DNA of 64,000 nt from Candidatus Aminicenantes bacterium (GTDB taxonomy: Bacteria; Acidobacteriota; Aminicenantia; Aminicenantales; UBA4085). The notes below the pieces were generated by a model. The model saw nothing but the letters and a program-made list of their open reading frames with translations, was not told the origin of the DNA and did not search any database. The position numbers and the translations under genes were made by a program. Positions within the stretch are counted from its first letter, which is position 1. Each line of letters starts with the position of its first letter. Shown here in pieces: positions 15,230 to 23,800 of the stretch. The DNA is taken from positions 16,600-80,599 of the forward strand of contig JAPKZJ010000108.1 of NCBI GenBank assembly GCA_026393855.1. Direction: 5' to 3'.

Positions 15230-16480
15230 TTAAAAGAAGTAGTAGACCGCGCCCAACAGGCGCAGGTTGCCGACCCAATCGGCGTTCCCCACCTTGCCCG
15301 TCGTACCGGGCGTGCCGTATGCCGCAGCCGTGTATTCGACCTCTCCCGCCAGCCGGAGCTTGCCGGAGTTGATCAGGACGCGGGGCGCCACCCGATACAA
15401 GGCGTCGATATCGAGGCCCCGCCCGTACTTGGCGCCGCCGATCGACTCGCCGGCGCCCAGATTCTTGGACCACCCCACGAACATCCCGGCCTGAAAGGCC
15501 GTCCCGTTAGTGGAGAAGTCGCTCCAGACGGAGACGACGTCGAACGAGGTAAAGTCGACCAGGTCCCGGATCGTGTCGGTGACGTCATGAACGGCATACC
15601 CGCCCAGCATCGTCAAATGGTAGGGATTGCCGCCGTAGAAAGCCTCGACCTTCAGCGTCGCCGGCTTGGTCCGAACCTTGAAATAGGCCATTCCGGCCCA
15701 GTCCGAGACTTTGTCCCGGGCGGCATACCCAGTCCCGGAGACGAGCCGCGGCCGCAGCGCCAAGTAGTCCCCGGCCGCGCCCAGGAGAAGCTCGCACCCG
15801 GCCGGGCAGCTCCAGGCGTACTGGAGACGAAGGTTGAACTCAGGTTGGACGGCGTTGCGGGCGTAAGCCGAGCTGGCGCCCTCGGGCCCGAACGAGACGA
15901 AGTCGCGCTGAGCCAGGGCTGTGGCCTGGAGGCTCCAATGCCCCAGGGTCTGGGTCAGGCGGATCTGGGGCGACCGGTTGAACGGCTGGAACGGCGCCCC
16001 GGTGTTGAACGAGACAACGTCCGGGTAGCTTTCGGTGACGAACAATGGGTGCCAGTACTGACCGACCATGAGCTCGGTCGTCTTCCAGGACAGCTTGACG
16101 AACGCGTGGCGGAGCCGGAAGCCGTTGATGTCGGCATCGGACGTGCCGAAGAACTCGGCTTCGATCAGGCCGGACGTCTTGGCCCCGAAGGCATCGGGGC
16201 CGGCGATCTTCCCCTGTAGCCGGGTCTGGATCGAGAGCATGTGAAAGCTCGAGGCGGCGTTGAGATCGCGGCCGTCCTTGTCCAACGCTTCGGCCTTGGG
16301 ATAGAGCAGATAGTGGCCTTCGCGCAGACTGACCGTCTGGCGCGAATCATATAAGAGATCCGTCTTGATGAACCCGGAAAACGAGATTCCGAACGCGGGC
16401 TTGCTCTCGGTCTGGGCGAAGGCCCCGGACGCGAGAGCCGCGACGAGCCCTAGACCGACGATGAAGCGGGCATGTTTCAT
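15230..16480 (-). CDS. outer-membrane porin (DcaP-like/putative beta-barrel porin)
   Basis: Start at MKHARFIVGLGLVAALASGAFAQ (ATG 16478-16480). Beta-strand periodicity runs throughout and the protein ends ...LLGAVYYFF (aromatic C-terminus). Confidence 0.72.
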   Translation of the reverse strand: MKHARFIVGLGLVAALASGAFAQTESKPAFGISFSGFIKTDLLYDSRQTVSLREGHYLLYPKAEALDKDGRDLNAASSFHMLSIQTRLQGKIAGPDAFGAKTSGLIEAEFFGTSDADINGFRLRHAFVKLSWKTTELMVGQYWHPLFVTESYPDVVSFNTGAPFQPFNRSPQIRLTQTLGHWSLQATALAQRDFVSFGPEGASSAYARNAVQPEFNLRLQYAWSCPAGCELLLGAAGDYLALRPRLVSGTGYAARDKVSDWAGMAYFKVRTKPATLKVEAFYGGNPYHLTMLGGYAVHDVTDTIRDLVDFTSFDVVSVWSDFSTNGTAFQAGMFVGWSKNLGAGESIGGAKYGRGLDIDALYRVAPRVLINSGKLRLAGEVEYTAAAYGTPGTTGKVGNADWVGNLRLLGAVYYFF

Positions 16481-16556
16481 GGCTGTTCCTTTGCGCCGTC
16501 GAATCCGATCCAACCCGGTTTTTATATCAGAATCCGGGCCCGAACGGAAACCCGTA

Positions 16557-17282
16557 TCAGCTTAGCCGACGGCCTCCCGCCTCGGGTCCCAGCCGGGGAC
16601 GGGGGCGGAGCGCGGCTTCTTCGCCAAACAGGGTGTTCAGCTGCGGCGAAAACCTTTCGGCTATTTCCGCGGCCGTGGTCCGGTCCTCGATCGCCAGCCC
16701 CAGAACCGCCGCGCCCCTCTTCCGATAATAGTCTTCCAGCGGCGCCGTCCGGACGTCATACAACCTCAAGCGGGCGGCCACGGCCCCCGGGTCGTCATCG
16801 GCCCGGCCGGCCCTGTCCCCGCCGGTATCGGCGCGGATTCGGGTCACGATGACCTGCGGCGAAGCTTCGAGCTTGACGACGGCTCGGATCTCGACGACTC
16901 TTTCCAATCTCTCGGCCTGTCCGGCATGGCGCGGCAGGCCGTTGAGGATCAGGATGTCCTTGCCGCCGAGGGCCTGCTCGCGAACGAATCCGGCCAGAAT
17001 CTTCAGAGCGATCGGGAATTCGGCGTCTTCGAGGAGAGCTCCGGATCGAAGGGTCCGCCGAACGATCTCGATCTCGACGGGATCGAGGAGCGCCCCCGTG
17101 CCTGCCTCGGCCCGCAGCCGGGCTCCGAAATCGAAATGACGGCAGCGGCGGCCGGCCAAGCCCTGGCCGTGCCAGAAATCCCCCAAGGGGGACTTCCCCG
17201 CCCCGGTGGGCCCTAAAATCAGTACGGCCGGAATGCGCACGATCCGGATGATAGCATATCCTCCCCTGTTCCGCCTCGCCAT
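16557..17282 (-). CDS. adenylate kinase-family nucleoside monophosphate kinase (short, no lid insertion)
   Basis: P-loop LILGPTGAGKS is present. ILNGLPRHAGQAERL matches Adk LLDGFPR..QA, and RADDDPGAVAARLRLYDVRTAPLEDYY matches Adk R.DD..E.V.KRL..Y...T.PL..YY. The start codon is uncertain. Confidence 0.65.
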   Translation of the reverse strand: MARRNRGGYAIIRIVRIPAVLILGPTGAGKSPLGDFWHGQGLAGRRCRHFDFGARLRAEAGTGALLDPVEIEIVRRTLRSGALLEDAEFPIALKILAGFVREQALGGKDILILNGLPRHAGQAERLERVVEIRAVVKLEASPQVIVTRIRADTGGDRAGRADDDPGAVAARLRLYDVRTAPLEDYYRKRGAAVLGLAIEDRTTAAEIAERFSPQLNTLFGEEAALRPRPRLGPEAGGRRLS

Positions 17283-17298
17283 GCGGCCGGAATTCCCC

Positions 17299-17304
17299 TA
17301 TAAT
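17299..17304 (+). promoter_or_regulatory. TATAAT -10 box only 12 nt before the ABC-binding-protein ATG (near-leaderless transcript?)
   Basis: CCCCTATAATAAACTTCCGCCATG. No good -35 and no Shine-Dalgarno are visible. The whole divergent spacer is 33 nt. Confidence 0.3.
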
Positions 17305-17315
17305 AAACTTCCGCC

Positions 17316-18419
17316 ATGCACCGCTCCCGAAGCTTCGTCCTCGCCGCCGCGCTCGCCGTTATCGTCCCCTGCGCCGTTGCGGCGGACCGAACCGCGGACG
17401 CCGCGACCCACCCGAGCCTCTCCGGACAATCCGGGACGCGTGTCGTGCGGGACAACCTGGATCGGTCCGTAGCGATCCCGGCCCGGGTCCGGAGGGTCCT
17501 TTCCCTGCAGCCCGAGATCACACGCCTGATCGTGGCGCTCGGCGCCGGGGAAAACCTGGTCGGCATCGATCATTTCCTCCGCTCCAACGATCCTCTTTTT
17601 CCCATCGTCTTCCCGGCCGCCGCAAACCTACCGATTGTTTCCCGGGCCGACTATAACGTCAATTTGGAGACGGTGGCCCGTCTGGCTCCCGACGTGATCT
17701 TCGCGGCGCCCGAAGATCAACGCATCGTCCGGGCCTTAGAAGACAAAACGGGGATCCCCACCGTCGCCCTTGCCTCGCTCGGCCGCTTCGACCGGCTACG
17801 GGGCGAGATCCGGATGCTGGGGGAAATCCTCGGCCGGAGCGGCCGGGCGGATGAAATCCTGCGGCTCTACGACGACGTCCTCGATCCGATACGAAAGAAG
17901 ACCTCCGGCCTGCCGCCGGATGCGAGGCCCCGCATCTATCTGGCGTTCTGGGGCGAAAAGACCCGCACCCCGGTCGCCTACGAGCCCGTGGACGCGGCCG
18001 GGGGGACGAACGTGGCCGCAAACCTTCTGCCCTCATTTTTGGGAACGCTGATCGCCAGCGTCGGCATCGAACGAATCCTGGCCTGGGATCCCGACCTCAT
18101 CCTCGTTCAGGGGAACTATCCGCCCTCCCAGCGCCGCGTAACCACCGAAAGCTTTCGGGCCGACCCTCGATTCCGCTCCATCCGGGCCGTCCGCCAAGGG
18201 CGCGTCCGTTACACCTTCGGCTTCTGGAACTGGTGGGATCCGGCCGAAGCCTTGGTCGAAACGGCCTATCTGGCCGCTCTCTTTCATCCCGATCTGTTCC
18301 CCGATTTCAGCCTGGAGAAGTCGGGCAACGCCGTCTTTCGCGCCGTTTACGGCCGGGACGGGCTTTTCTCCGCCCTGTCCGACGTCCTCGGCTGCCGGGA
18401 ATGGGTTCATGCGCGATAG
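17316..18419 (+). CDS. ABC transporter periplasmic binding protein (FecB/BtuF-like, iron-siderophore/cobalamin class)
   Basis: It has a signal peptide (MHRSRSFVLAAALAVIVPCAVAA) and RVLSLQPEITRLIVALGAGENLVGID, typical of class-8 binding proteins. It is followed by FecCD and ATPase genes. Confidence 0.82.
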   Translation: MHRSRSFVLAAALAVIVPCAVAADRTADAATHPSLSGQSGTRVVRDNLDRSVAIPARVRRVLSLQPEITRLIVALGAGENLVGIDHFLRSNDPLFPIVFPAAANLPIVSRADYNVNLETVARLAPDVIFAAPEDQRIVRALEDKTGIPTVALASLGRFDRLRGEIRMLGEILGRSGRADEILRLYDDVLDPIRKKTSGLPPDARPRIYLAFWGEKTRTPVAYEPVDAAGGTNVAANLLPSFLGTLIASVGIERILAWDPDLILVQGNYPPSQRRVTTESFRADPRFRSIRAVRQGRVRYTFGFWNWWDPAEALVETAYLAALFHPDLFPDFSLEKSGNAVFRAVYGRDGLFSALSDVLGCREWVHAR

Positions 18420-19413
18420 GACCAAAGCGCTCCGGATATTCATCTACCTTCTCCCTCTCGGCCTCTTCGTCGCCTCCTTTTACATGGGGCCCTTCAGGAT
18501 CTCTCTGTCCGATCTCTTCAAAACCCTCCTCTCGCCGCTTGTCCCGGCCTGGAAATCCTCCCTACCGGCCGCTTATGCCGGCATCGTCTTCGGCATCCGC
18601 CTGCCGAGGATTCTATTGGCCCTCTCCGTGGGGGCGGCCCTGTCCGTCTCCGGCGCCTCGCTGCAGGCCCTCTTCAAAAATCCCCTGGTCAACGAGTATA
18701 TCCTCGGCATCTCCTCCGGGGCCGGCTTCGGAGCGGCGCTGTCGCTCGTCTTTCTGCCCCTTTTCCCGCCCCAGCTTCTGGCCTTCATCTTCGCCGTCGT
18801 CGCCGTCCTGCTCGTCTTGGGCATCGCTTCGCGCTCGGAATCGCCGACGGTCTCCCTCCTCTTGACCGGAGTCATCATCTCGGCTTTCTTCACCGCGCTT
18901 CTTTCTCTGGTCGAGTTTTTCGCCGACCCTTATTCTCTCCAAGCCCTGTTCTATTGGTTGATGGGAAACCTTTCGCTGCCCGGCTGGCCGCAGCTTTTCG
19001 TCTCCCTGCCGCTCATCCTGGCCGGGATGCTGATCCTGATCCTCATGCGCTGGCGGCTCAACGTCCTCTCGATGGGCGACGACGAAGCCAGCTCGCTGGG
19101 TGTCGACATCCGGAGAGAAAAGCTCCTGGTCGTTTTCCTAGCCACCCTGATCACCGCCGCCGCCACCTCGGTGGCCGGGATCATCGGCTGGATCGGCTTG
19201 ATCGTGCCGCATCTCGTCCGGATGATGGTCGGGGTCGAGAACCGCCGCGTCGTGCCGCTCTCGGCCGCCCTGGGCGCAAGCTTCCTCCTTGTCGCCGACG
19301 ACGTCACCCGCAGCCTGGCTTCGTTCGAAGTCCCGGTCGGCATCTTCACCAGCATCATCGGCATCCCCCTGTTCATCCTTCTCCTGCGCCGCTCATCCAA
19401 GGTGTGGCTGTGA
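18409..19413 (+). CDS. FecCD/BtuC-family ABC permease
   Basis: This is a 334-aa polytopic protein. LLLTGVIISAFFTALLSLVEFFA....LQALFYWLMG.L and GIIGWIGLIVPH fit the FecCD family. It overlaps the binding-protein gene by 11 nt. Confidence 0.88.
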   Translation: MRDRTKALRIFIYLLPLGLFVASFYMGPFRISLSDLFKTLLSPLVPAWKSSLPAAYAGIVFGIRLPRILLALSVGAALSVSGASLQALFKNPLVNEYILGISSGAGFGAALSLVFLPLFPPQLLAFIFAVVAVLLVLGIASRSESPTVSLLLTGVIISAFFTALLSLVEFFADPYSLQALFYWLMGNLSLPGWPQLFVSLPLILAGMLILILMRWRLNVLSMGDDEASSLGVDIRREKLLVVFLATLITAAATSVAGIIGWIGLIVPHLVRMMVGVENRRVVPLSAALGASFLLVADDVTRSLASFEVPVGIFTSIIGIPLFILLLRRSSKVWL

Positions 19414-20168
19414 GCTTCGAAGTCCGCGGTCTCGATTTCCGCCGGCCCGGCTTCGAGATGAGCGTCCCGGCCCTGACGATCGAGGCGGAGCGGCTGACGG
19501 CCATCGTCGGCCCGAATGGAGCCGGCAAGACGACCCTTCTCAAGTGCCTGGCGGGATTGCTTCCGGTCCCGGCCGGCTCCGTCCGTCTGGACGGCGCGGT
19601 CCTGGCTTCGCTCTCGGATCCCGCCAGAGCCCGCCGGCTCGCCTTCGTGCCGCAGGAGCAGGCCTCCGCGTTCAACTACGCCGTGCGCGATTTCATCCTC
19701 ATGGGACGGGCCCCCTACCTTGGGCTGTTCGCCTCGCCTTCCGCCGCGGACGAAGCCCGGGCGGCCGAGGCCCTGACCTTCGTCGGGCTGCCGGAGTATG
19801 CCGAACGTCCATTCTTCGATATGAGCAGCGGCGAGCGCCGGCTGATCCTCATCGCCCGGGCCCTGGCCCAGGCGACACCGATCCTCATTCTGGACGAACC
19901 GACGACTTTTCTCGATCCGCGCCACGAGTCCGGTGTGATGCTCCTGCTGCGCCGGCTGGTGGACGAGCGCGGCCAAACCGTCCTGGTCACCCTGCACAAC
20001 CTCGACATGGCCGCACGTTACGCCGACGCCCTGATCTTCATGAAGGACGGGATGATCGTAGCCCAGGGCCCGCCCGGAGCAGTCTTGAGCGAGGAGCTCC
20101 TGCGGCGGGTTTACGATATCCCGATGCGGATCATCGAACACGAAGGCCGGACTTTCATCGTCCGCTGA
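19410..20168 (+). CDS. ABC transporter ATP-binding protein (FecE/BtuD-like)
   Basis: The GTG start at 19410 overlaps the permease stop (GTGA). Walker A GPNGAGKTT, signature SSGERRL and Walker B ILILDEP are present. Confidence 0.88.
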   Translation: MSFEVRGLDFRRPGFEMSVPALTIEAERLTAIVGPNGAGKTTLLKCLAGLLPVPAGSVRLDGAVLASLSDPARARRLAFVPQEQASAFNYAVRDFILMGRAPYLGLFASPSAADEARAAEALTFVGLPEYAERPFFDMSSGERRLILIARALAQATPILILDEPTTFLDPRHESGVMLLLRRLVDERGQTVLVTLHNLDMAARYADALIFMKDGMIVAQGPPGAVLSEELLRRVYDIPMRIIEHEGRTFIVR

Positions 20169-20181
20169 AGGCTTCGTGGCC

Positions 20182-20210
20182 TTGCCTTTCCGGCCCGCTT
20201 CGCTATAATT
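20182..20210 (+). promoter_or_regulatory. sigma-70-type promoter for the DhaL-DegV gene
   Basis: TTGCCT (20182-20187), a 17-nt spacer, then TATAAT (20205-20210). The -10 sits in the loop of a 6-bp hairpin TTCGCT/AGCGAA (20199-20218). Confidence 0.45.
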
Positions 20211-20289
20211 AAAGCGAACAGACAGCCGATCCTTTCCTTCCCCTCCCGAGCCCCGGCGGGGGGCTAGTGTATCGCGAAGGTCAAGGCCG

Positions 20290-22086
20290 ATGATGAAGAA
20301 AATGAAGCTCAAGATCCGCTACCTCAACGGCAGCCGGCTCTATTACGCCTTCTTGGCCGGAGGCAACGCGGTCATCCACGACCAGGCTTATCTCAACCGG
20401 ATCAACGTTTTTCCCGTTCCCGACGGCGACACGGGGACCAACCTGGCCTCGACCTTTCGGGCCATTGCCGAAGGCGCCGAAGTCAAGCACTCGATCCGCG
20501 ACACCCTGAAGTCCATCGCCAACGCCGCGCTTTACGGCGCCCAGGGCAATTCGGGGCTCATCCTGGCCCAGTTCCTCTATGGGCTGAGCAAAGAGGTCGG
20601 CCACGAGTGGATGCTGACGACCAAGGCCTTCGGCGAGTCCGTCCGACAGGCCGCCCAGCATGCCGCCAAGGCCATCCTCCACCCCGTCGAAGGGACCATG
20701 ATCACGGTCATCCATGATTGGGCCGAGGCTGTTTACCAGCGGCGCCTGCACACCGCCGATTTCGAGGAGCTCTTCTCGGATTGCCTCCCTGCGGCCCATG
20801 AATCCCTGCGCGACACGCCCAAAAAGCTGGCCGTGCTGGCCAAGGCCGGGGTCGTGGACGCCGGGGCCAAGGGATTCGTCGATTTCCTGGAGGGCATCCT
20901 CCAATTCATCCAAAAGGGACGAATCCTGCGCGTCGAGAAGACCAGGCTGGAGTGGGCCCCGGAGGAGATCAAGACCCCCTCGCGCGACAAGGCGCTCCAT
21001 AACCGCTATTGCTCCGAGGCCCTGCTGACGGGGGCCGATCTTGACGGCGATGCCATCCGGGCCATCGTGGAGCGGTACGGCGATTCCGCGGTCGTGGCCG
21101 GATCGGATGAGCGCATCCGCATCCACGTCCATACCAATGCGCCAGCCGATCTCTTCTTCGAGCTCAAAGACCAGGGCGCCATCACCCAGATCAAAGTCGA
21201 CGACATGAAGAAGCAATACGAGGCCGCCTGGGCGCCCAAGTCCCGGGTGGCGATCGTCACCGACTCGGCCTGCGATCTGCCGCAGGCGCTCATGGACGAG
21301 CGGCAGATCCACTTCGTGCCCATGAACATCACCTGGGGGCGGCAGCTGTTCCTGGACAAGCTGACCCTGAAGGCGGACCGGTTCTACGACCTGCTTGAAA
21401 CCGAAAAGGAGCATCCCAAGTCCTCCGTCCCGGCCCTTAAGGTCTTCCAGAACGCTCTTTCCTACCTGGCCGGCCACTACGACTCGGTCGTCGCCATCAC
21501 TCTGGCCCAAGGCCTGTCGGGCACCCACGGAGCCTTCCACAAAGCGGCCGAGTCCTTACCGGGCAAGACGATCAGCGTTATCAATTCGAATTCGATCTCG
21601 GCGGGCGAGGGACTCCTGGTGGCCCGGGCTTCCGAGCTGGCCCTAGCCGGCCGGCCGCACGAGGAGATCGTCCGACTGGTCGAATCCTGGGTGACCAAGA
21701 CCCGTATTTTCGTCGATGTCCTGACCCTGAAATACTTCATCCGGGGCGGACGGGTCAGCGCCGTCAAGGGCTTCCTGGCCCGGATGCTCGCCGTCAAGCC
21801 CATTCTGGTCATCGACGAGCACGGCCAAGCGACCCACGCCGGAAAGTCGTTCAACCGCAAGGGCAACATGATCAAGATCCTGTCCCGGGTCAAGCGCTTG
21901 GCAACCCACGACCGGGTCTGGGGATATGCGCTCGTCCACGCCAAGAACCCCGAGCGGGTCAAGGCTTACGAAGCCAAGCTGACCGAGCTCCTCGGCCGGC
22001 CGCCCGCCTACGTCATGGACGTCTCGCCCGTCATTGGCGTTCACAGCGGCGTCGGCGCCGTGGCCGTGGCCGTTATGATGGAGTAG
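20290..22086 (+). CDS. DhaL(Dak2)-domain / DegV-domain fusion protein (fatty-acid-kinase-like)
   Basis: The N-terminus has NVFPVPDGDTGTN...GAQGNSG (DhaL/Dak2 nucleotide-binding motifs). The C-terminal half has VAIVTDSACDLP...PKSSVP....F......YD.VV.IT...GLSGT (DegV fatty-acid-binding fold). Confidence 0.82.
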   Translation: MMKKMKLKIRYLNGSRLYYAFLAGGNAVIHDQAYLNRINVFPVPDGDTGTNLASTFRAIAEGAEVKHSIRDTLKSIANAALYGAQGNSGLILAQFLYGLSKEVGHEWMLTTKAFGESVRQAAQHAAKAILHPVEGTMITVIHDWAEAVYQRRLHTADFEELFSDCLPAAHESLRDTPKKLAVLAKAGVVDAGAKGFVDFLEGILQFIQKGRILRVEKTRLEWAPEEIKTPSRDKALHNRYCSEALLTGADLDGDAIRAIVERYGDSAVVAGSDERIRIHVHTNAPADLFFELKDQGAITQIKVDDMKKQYEAAWAPKSRVAIVTDSACDLPQALMDERQIHFVPMNITWGRQLFLDKLTLKADRFYDLLETEKEHPKSSVPALKVFQNALSYLAGHYDSVVAITLAQGLSGTHGAFHKAAESLPGKTISVINSNSISAGEGLLVARASELALAGRPHEEIVRLVESWVTKTRIFVDVLTLKYFIRGGRVSAVKGFLARMLAVKPILVIDEHGQATHAGKSFNRKGNMIKILSRVKRLATHDRVWGYALVHAKNPERVKAYEAKLTELLGRPPAYVMDVSPVIGVHSGVGAVAVAVMME

Positions 22087-22099
22087 GAGGAAAGCCGCT

Positions 22100-22897
22100 T
22101 TGTTGGCCTATCCGGGACTGACGGCGGCCGTCGTCTTGGCATTCATGACGGCGCTCTTCCTGATGGCCCTAGCCCGGCGGGATAATTCCATCATCGACAT
22201 CGCCTGGGGTCCAGGCTTTCTGCTCGTGGCCGGCCTCCACCTCGCGCTCCCGCCCGCTCCGACGCCGCGCCAGATCCTGGTTTCCGTGCTGATCCTGGTC
22301 TGGGCGGCTCGATTGGCCCTGCACCTCGCCCGCCGGGCCAAGGGCCGAGGCGAAGACTTCCGCTATGCCGCCTGGCGCAAAGCCTGGGGCCGATGGTTCT
22401 TGCTCCGCAGCTACCTCCAGATTTTTCTGCTGCAGGGGGCCTTTCTCCTTCTCGTGGCCTTGCCCCTCCCGATCGTCCACGCGGCCCCCCCGGTTCCCTG
22501 GACGGCCCTTGACGCCGCGGGGTTGGCGCTCTGGGCGTTCGGCTTCGCCTTCGAGTCCGCCGCGGACGCCCAACTGGTCCGCTTCCGGAAGAATCCGGAG
22601 CGCCGCTCCCGGTTCCTGACGACCGGGCTGTGGCGTTGGAGCCGGCATCCTAATTATTTCGGCGAAGCGATCCAGTGGTGGGGATTGTTCTTGATCGCCG
22701 CTTCCGTCCCGGGCGGTTGGAGAGCCGTCATCAGCCCCTTGGTCATCACCCTGCTGCTGCGCTATGTCTCGGGCGTCCCTCTGCTCGAGCGGAAGCACAA
22801 GGGCGACCCCGAATTCCAGGCCTACGCGGCCCGGACCAACGCCTTCTGGCCTTGGTTCCCCAAAGCCGAGCGCAGATTAGCACCGCGAGTTCCCTAA
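22100..22897 (+). CDS. DUF1295 / steroid-5-alpha-reductase-like membrane protein
   Basis: This is a polytopic protein. GLWRWSRHPNYFGEAIQWWG is the conserved C-terminal motif of this family. The TTG start is as in the track. Confidence 0.8.
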   Translation: MLAYPGLTAAVVLAFMTALFLMALARRDNSIIDIAWGPGFLLVAGLHLALPPAPTPRQILVSVLILVWAARLALHLARRAKGRGEDFRYAAWRKAWGRWFLLRSYLQIFLLQGAFLLLVALPLPIVHAAPPVPWTALDAAGLALWAFGFAFESAADAQLVRFRKNPERRSRFLTTGLWRWSRHPNYFGEAIQWWGLFLIAASVPGGWRAVISPLVITLLLRYVSGVPLLERKHKGDPEFQAYAARTNAFWPWFPKAERRLAPRVP

Positions 22898-22905
22898 AAA
22901 TATTG

Positions 22906-23199
22906 GTTTTTCTCCCGATTCCGGGAAAATCTAAGCGGAACGGAGTATCGGCCAACGGCGAAACCGCGCGGGTTTAGACTTTTTCGCGAACCTCTTCGAG
23001 GGAACCCAACGGGCGCCGAGGGATGTTTGAGCACGTGACAATCATCGGAAACGAGACAGAGTGGAAGGCCAGACAGGATAGAAAGATCGAAGATGCGGAG
23101 TTCCGCAGGCGCCGAGAAGAGAAACGCGAAAAAGGCGTGAAAAACCCGCGCCGCCGGGTCGATACTCCGGACCGCGTTTCCCGGAATCGGGAAAAGAAC
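22906..23199. repeat. family B long-foldback repeat, copy 2
   Basis: The left arm 22906-22997 is complementary to the right arm 23112-23199. Examples are TTCTCCCGATTCCGGGAAA / TTTCCCGGAATCGGGAAAA, GCGG..CGGAGTATCG / CGATACTCCG..CCGC and CTTTTTCGCG / CGCGAAAAAG. The apical ~114 nt is purine-rich. It aligns with the reverse complement of 7580-7891. Confidence 0.8.
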
Positions 23200-23200
23200 T

Positions 23201-23638
23201 TTATTTCAGGTCAGAAGTGCAATGCGGGCAGCGCGTCGCCTTGAGCGGCACGACCGACAGACAATACGGGCATTCCTTGGTCGTCGGCGCCGCCGGCACC
23301 GCTTTCGGCTGCCGGCGAAGCGCGTTGATCCACTTGACGATCACGAAGACCGACAGGGCTACGATCAAAAACTCCAGAATGGCGTTGAGGAAGATGCCGT
23401 AGTTGATCGTCGCCGCGCCCGCCGCCTTGGCCGCGGCCAGGCTCTCGAACGGCCGCCCCGACAGGTTGATGTACAGGCCCGCGAAATCGACCTTGCCGAG
23501 AAGGAGGCCGATCGGGGGCATCAGGACGTCGTTGATCAGAGAAGATACGATTTTGCCGAAGGCCGCGCCCATGATGAAGCCGATGGCCATGTCCAGAACG
23601 TTGCCCTTCTGGATGAACTCCCGGAATTCCTTGATCAT
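23201..23638 (-). CDS. mscL: large-conductance mechanosensitive channel with C-terminal CxxC...CxxC tail
   Basis: [16 protein letters not shown]...GAAFGKIV.S...D..MPPIG is the canonical MscL N-terminus. The tail is ...[22 protein letters not shown]. Confidence 0.9.
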   Translation of the reverse strand: MIKEFREFIQKGNVLDMAIGFIMGAAFGKIVSSLINDVLMPPIGLLLGKVDFAGLYINLSGRPFESLAAAKAAGAATINYGIFLNAILEFLIVALSVFVIVKWINALRRQPKAVPAAPTTKECPYCLSVVPLKATRCPHCTSDLK

Positions 23639-23740
23639 TTCGTCCTCCTTTCGTTCAGTGCCGCCCTGAATCTAAACCCTATGCGCTCGCCCGTCAAGCC
23701 CTGGCTCCGGCGGGAAAAGGACCCGAATCCGGGAACCCAT

Positions 23741-23770
23741 TTGAGGTCGGGGCGGGACCCGGGCTATAAT
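23741..23770 (+). promoter_or_regulatory. sigma-70-type promoter for the M14-domain giant gene
   Basis: TTGAGG (23741-23746), an 18-nt spacer, then TATAAT (23765-23770), 30 nt before ATG 23801. Confidence 0.4.
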
Positions 23771-23800
23771 CCCCTCTCCAACCGGCTCAAAGGAATGCCC

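Noticed and set aside
20199-20218. The hairpin TTCGCT-ATAATTAA-AGCGAA resembles collapsed family B termini (TTCGCTAAATT / AATTTAGCGAA), suggesting an excision footprint.
   Set aside because: Only 6-bp arms are shared, which is too short to separate from chance. The TATAAT in its loop, with a TTGCCT 17 nt upstream, is more simply a promoter.
23222-23800. The 5' extension of the M14-domain ORF (track start 23222), and likewise the extensions of ORFs 2195..3574, 4208..5524, 32801..34039, 55159..56934 and 13472..15160.
   Set aside because: The extensions overlap well-supported genes on the other strand or in another frame (mscL, tdh, the M28 peptidase, lpxA, DUF401, kbl). They have shadow-like composition. 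An internal ATG with a Shine-Dalgarno and a signal peptide or family N-terminus explains each gene better.
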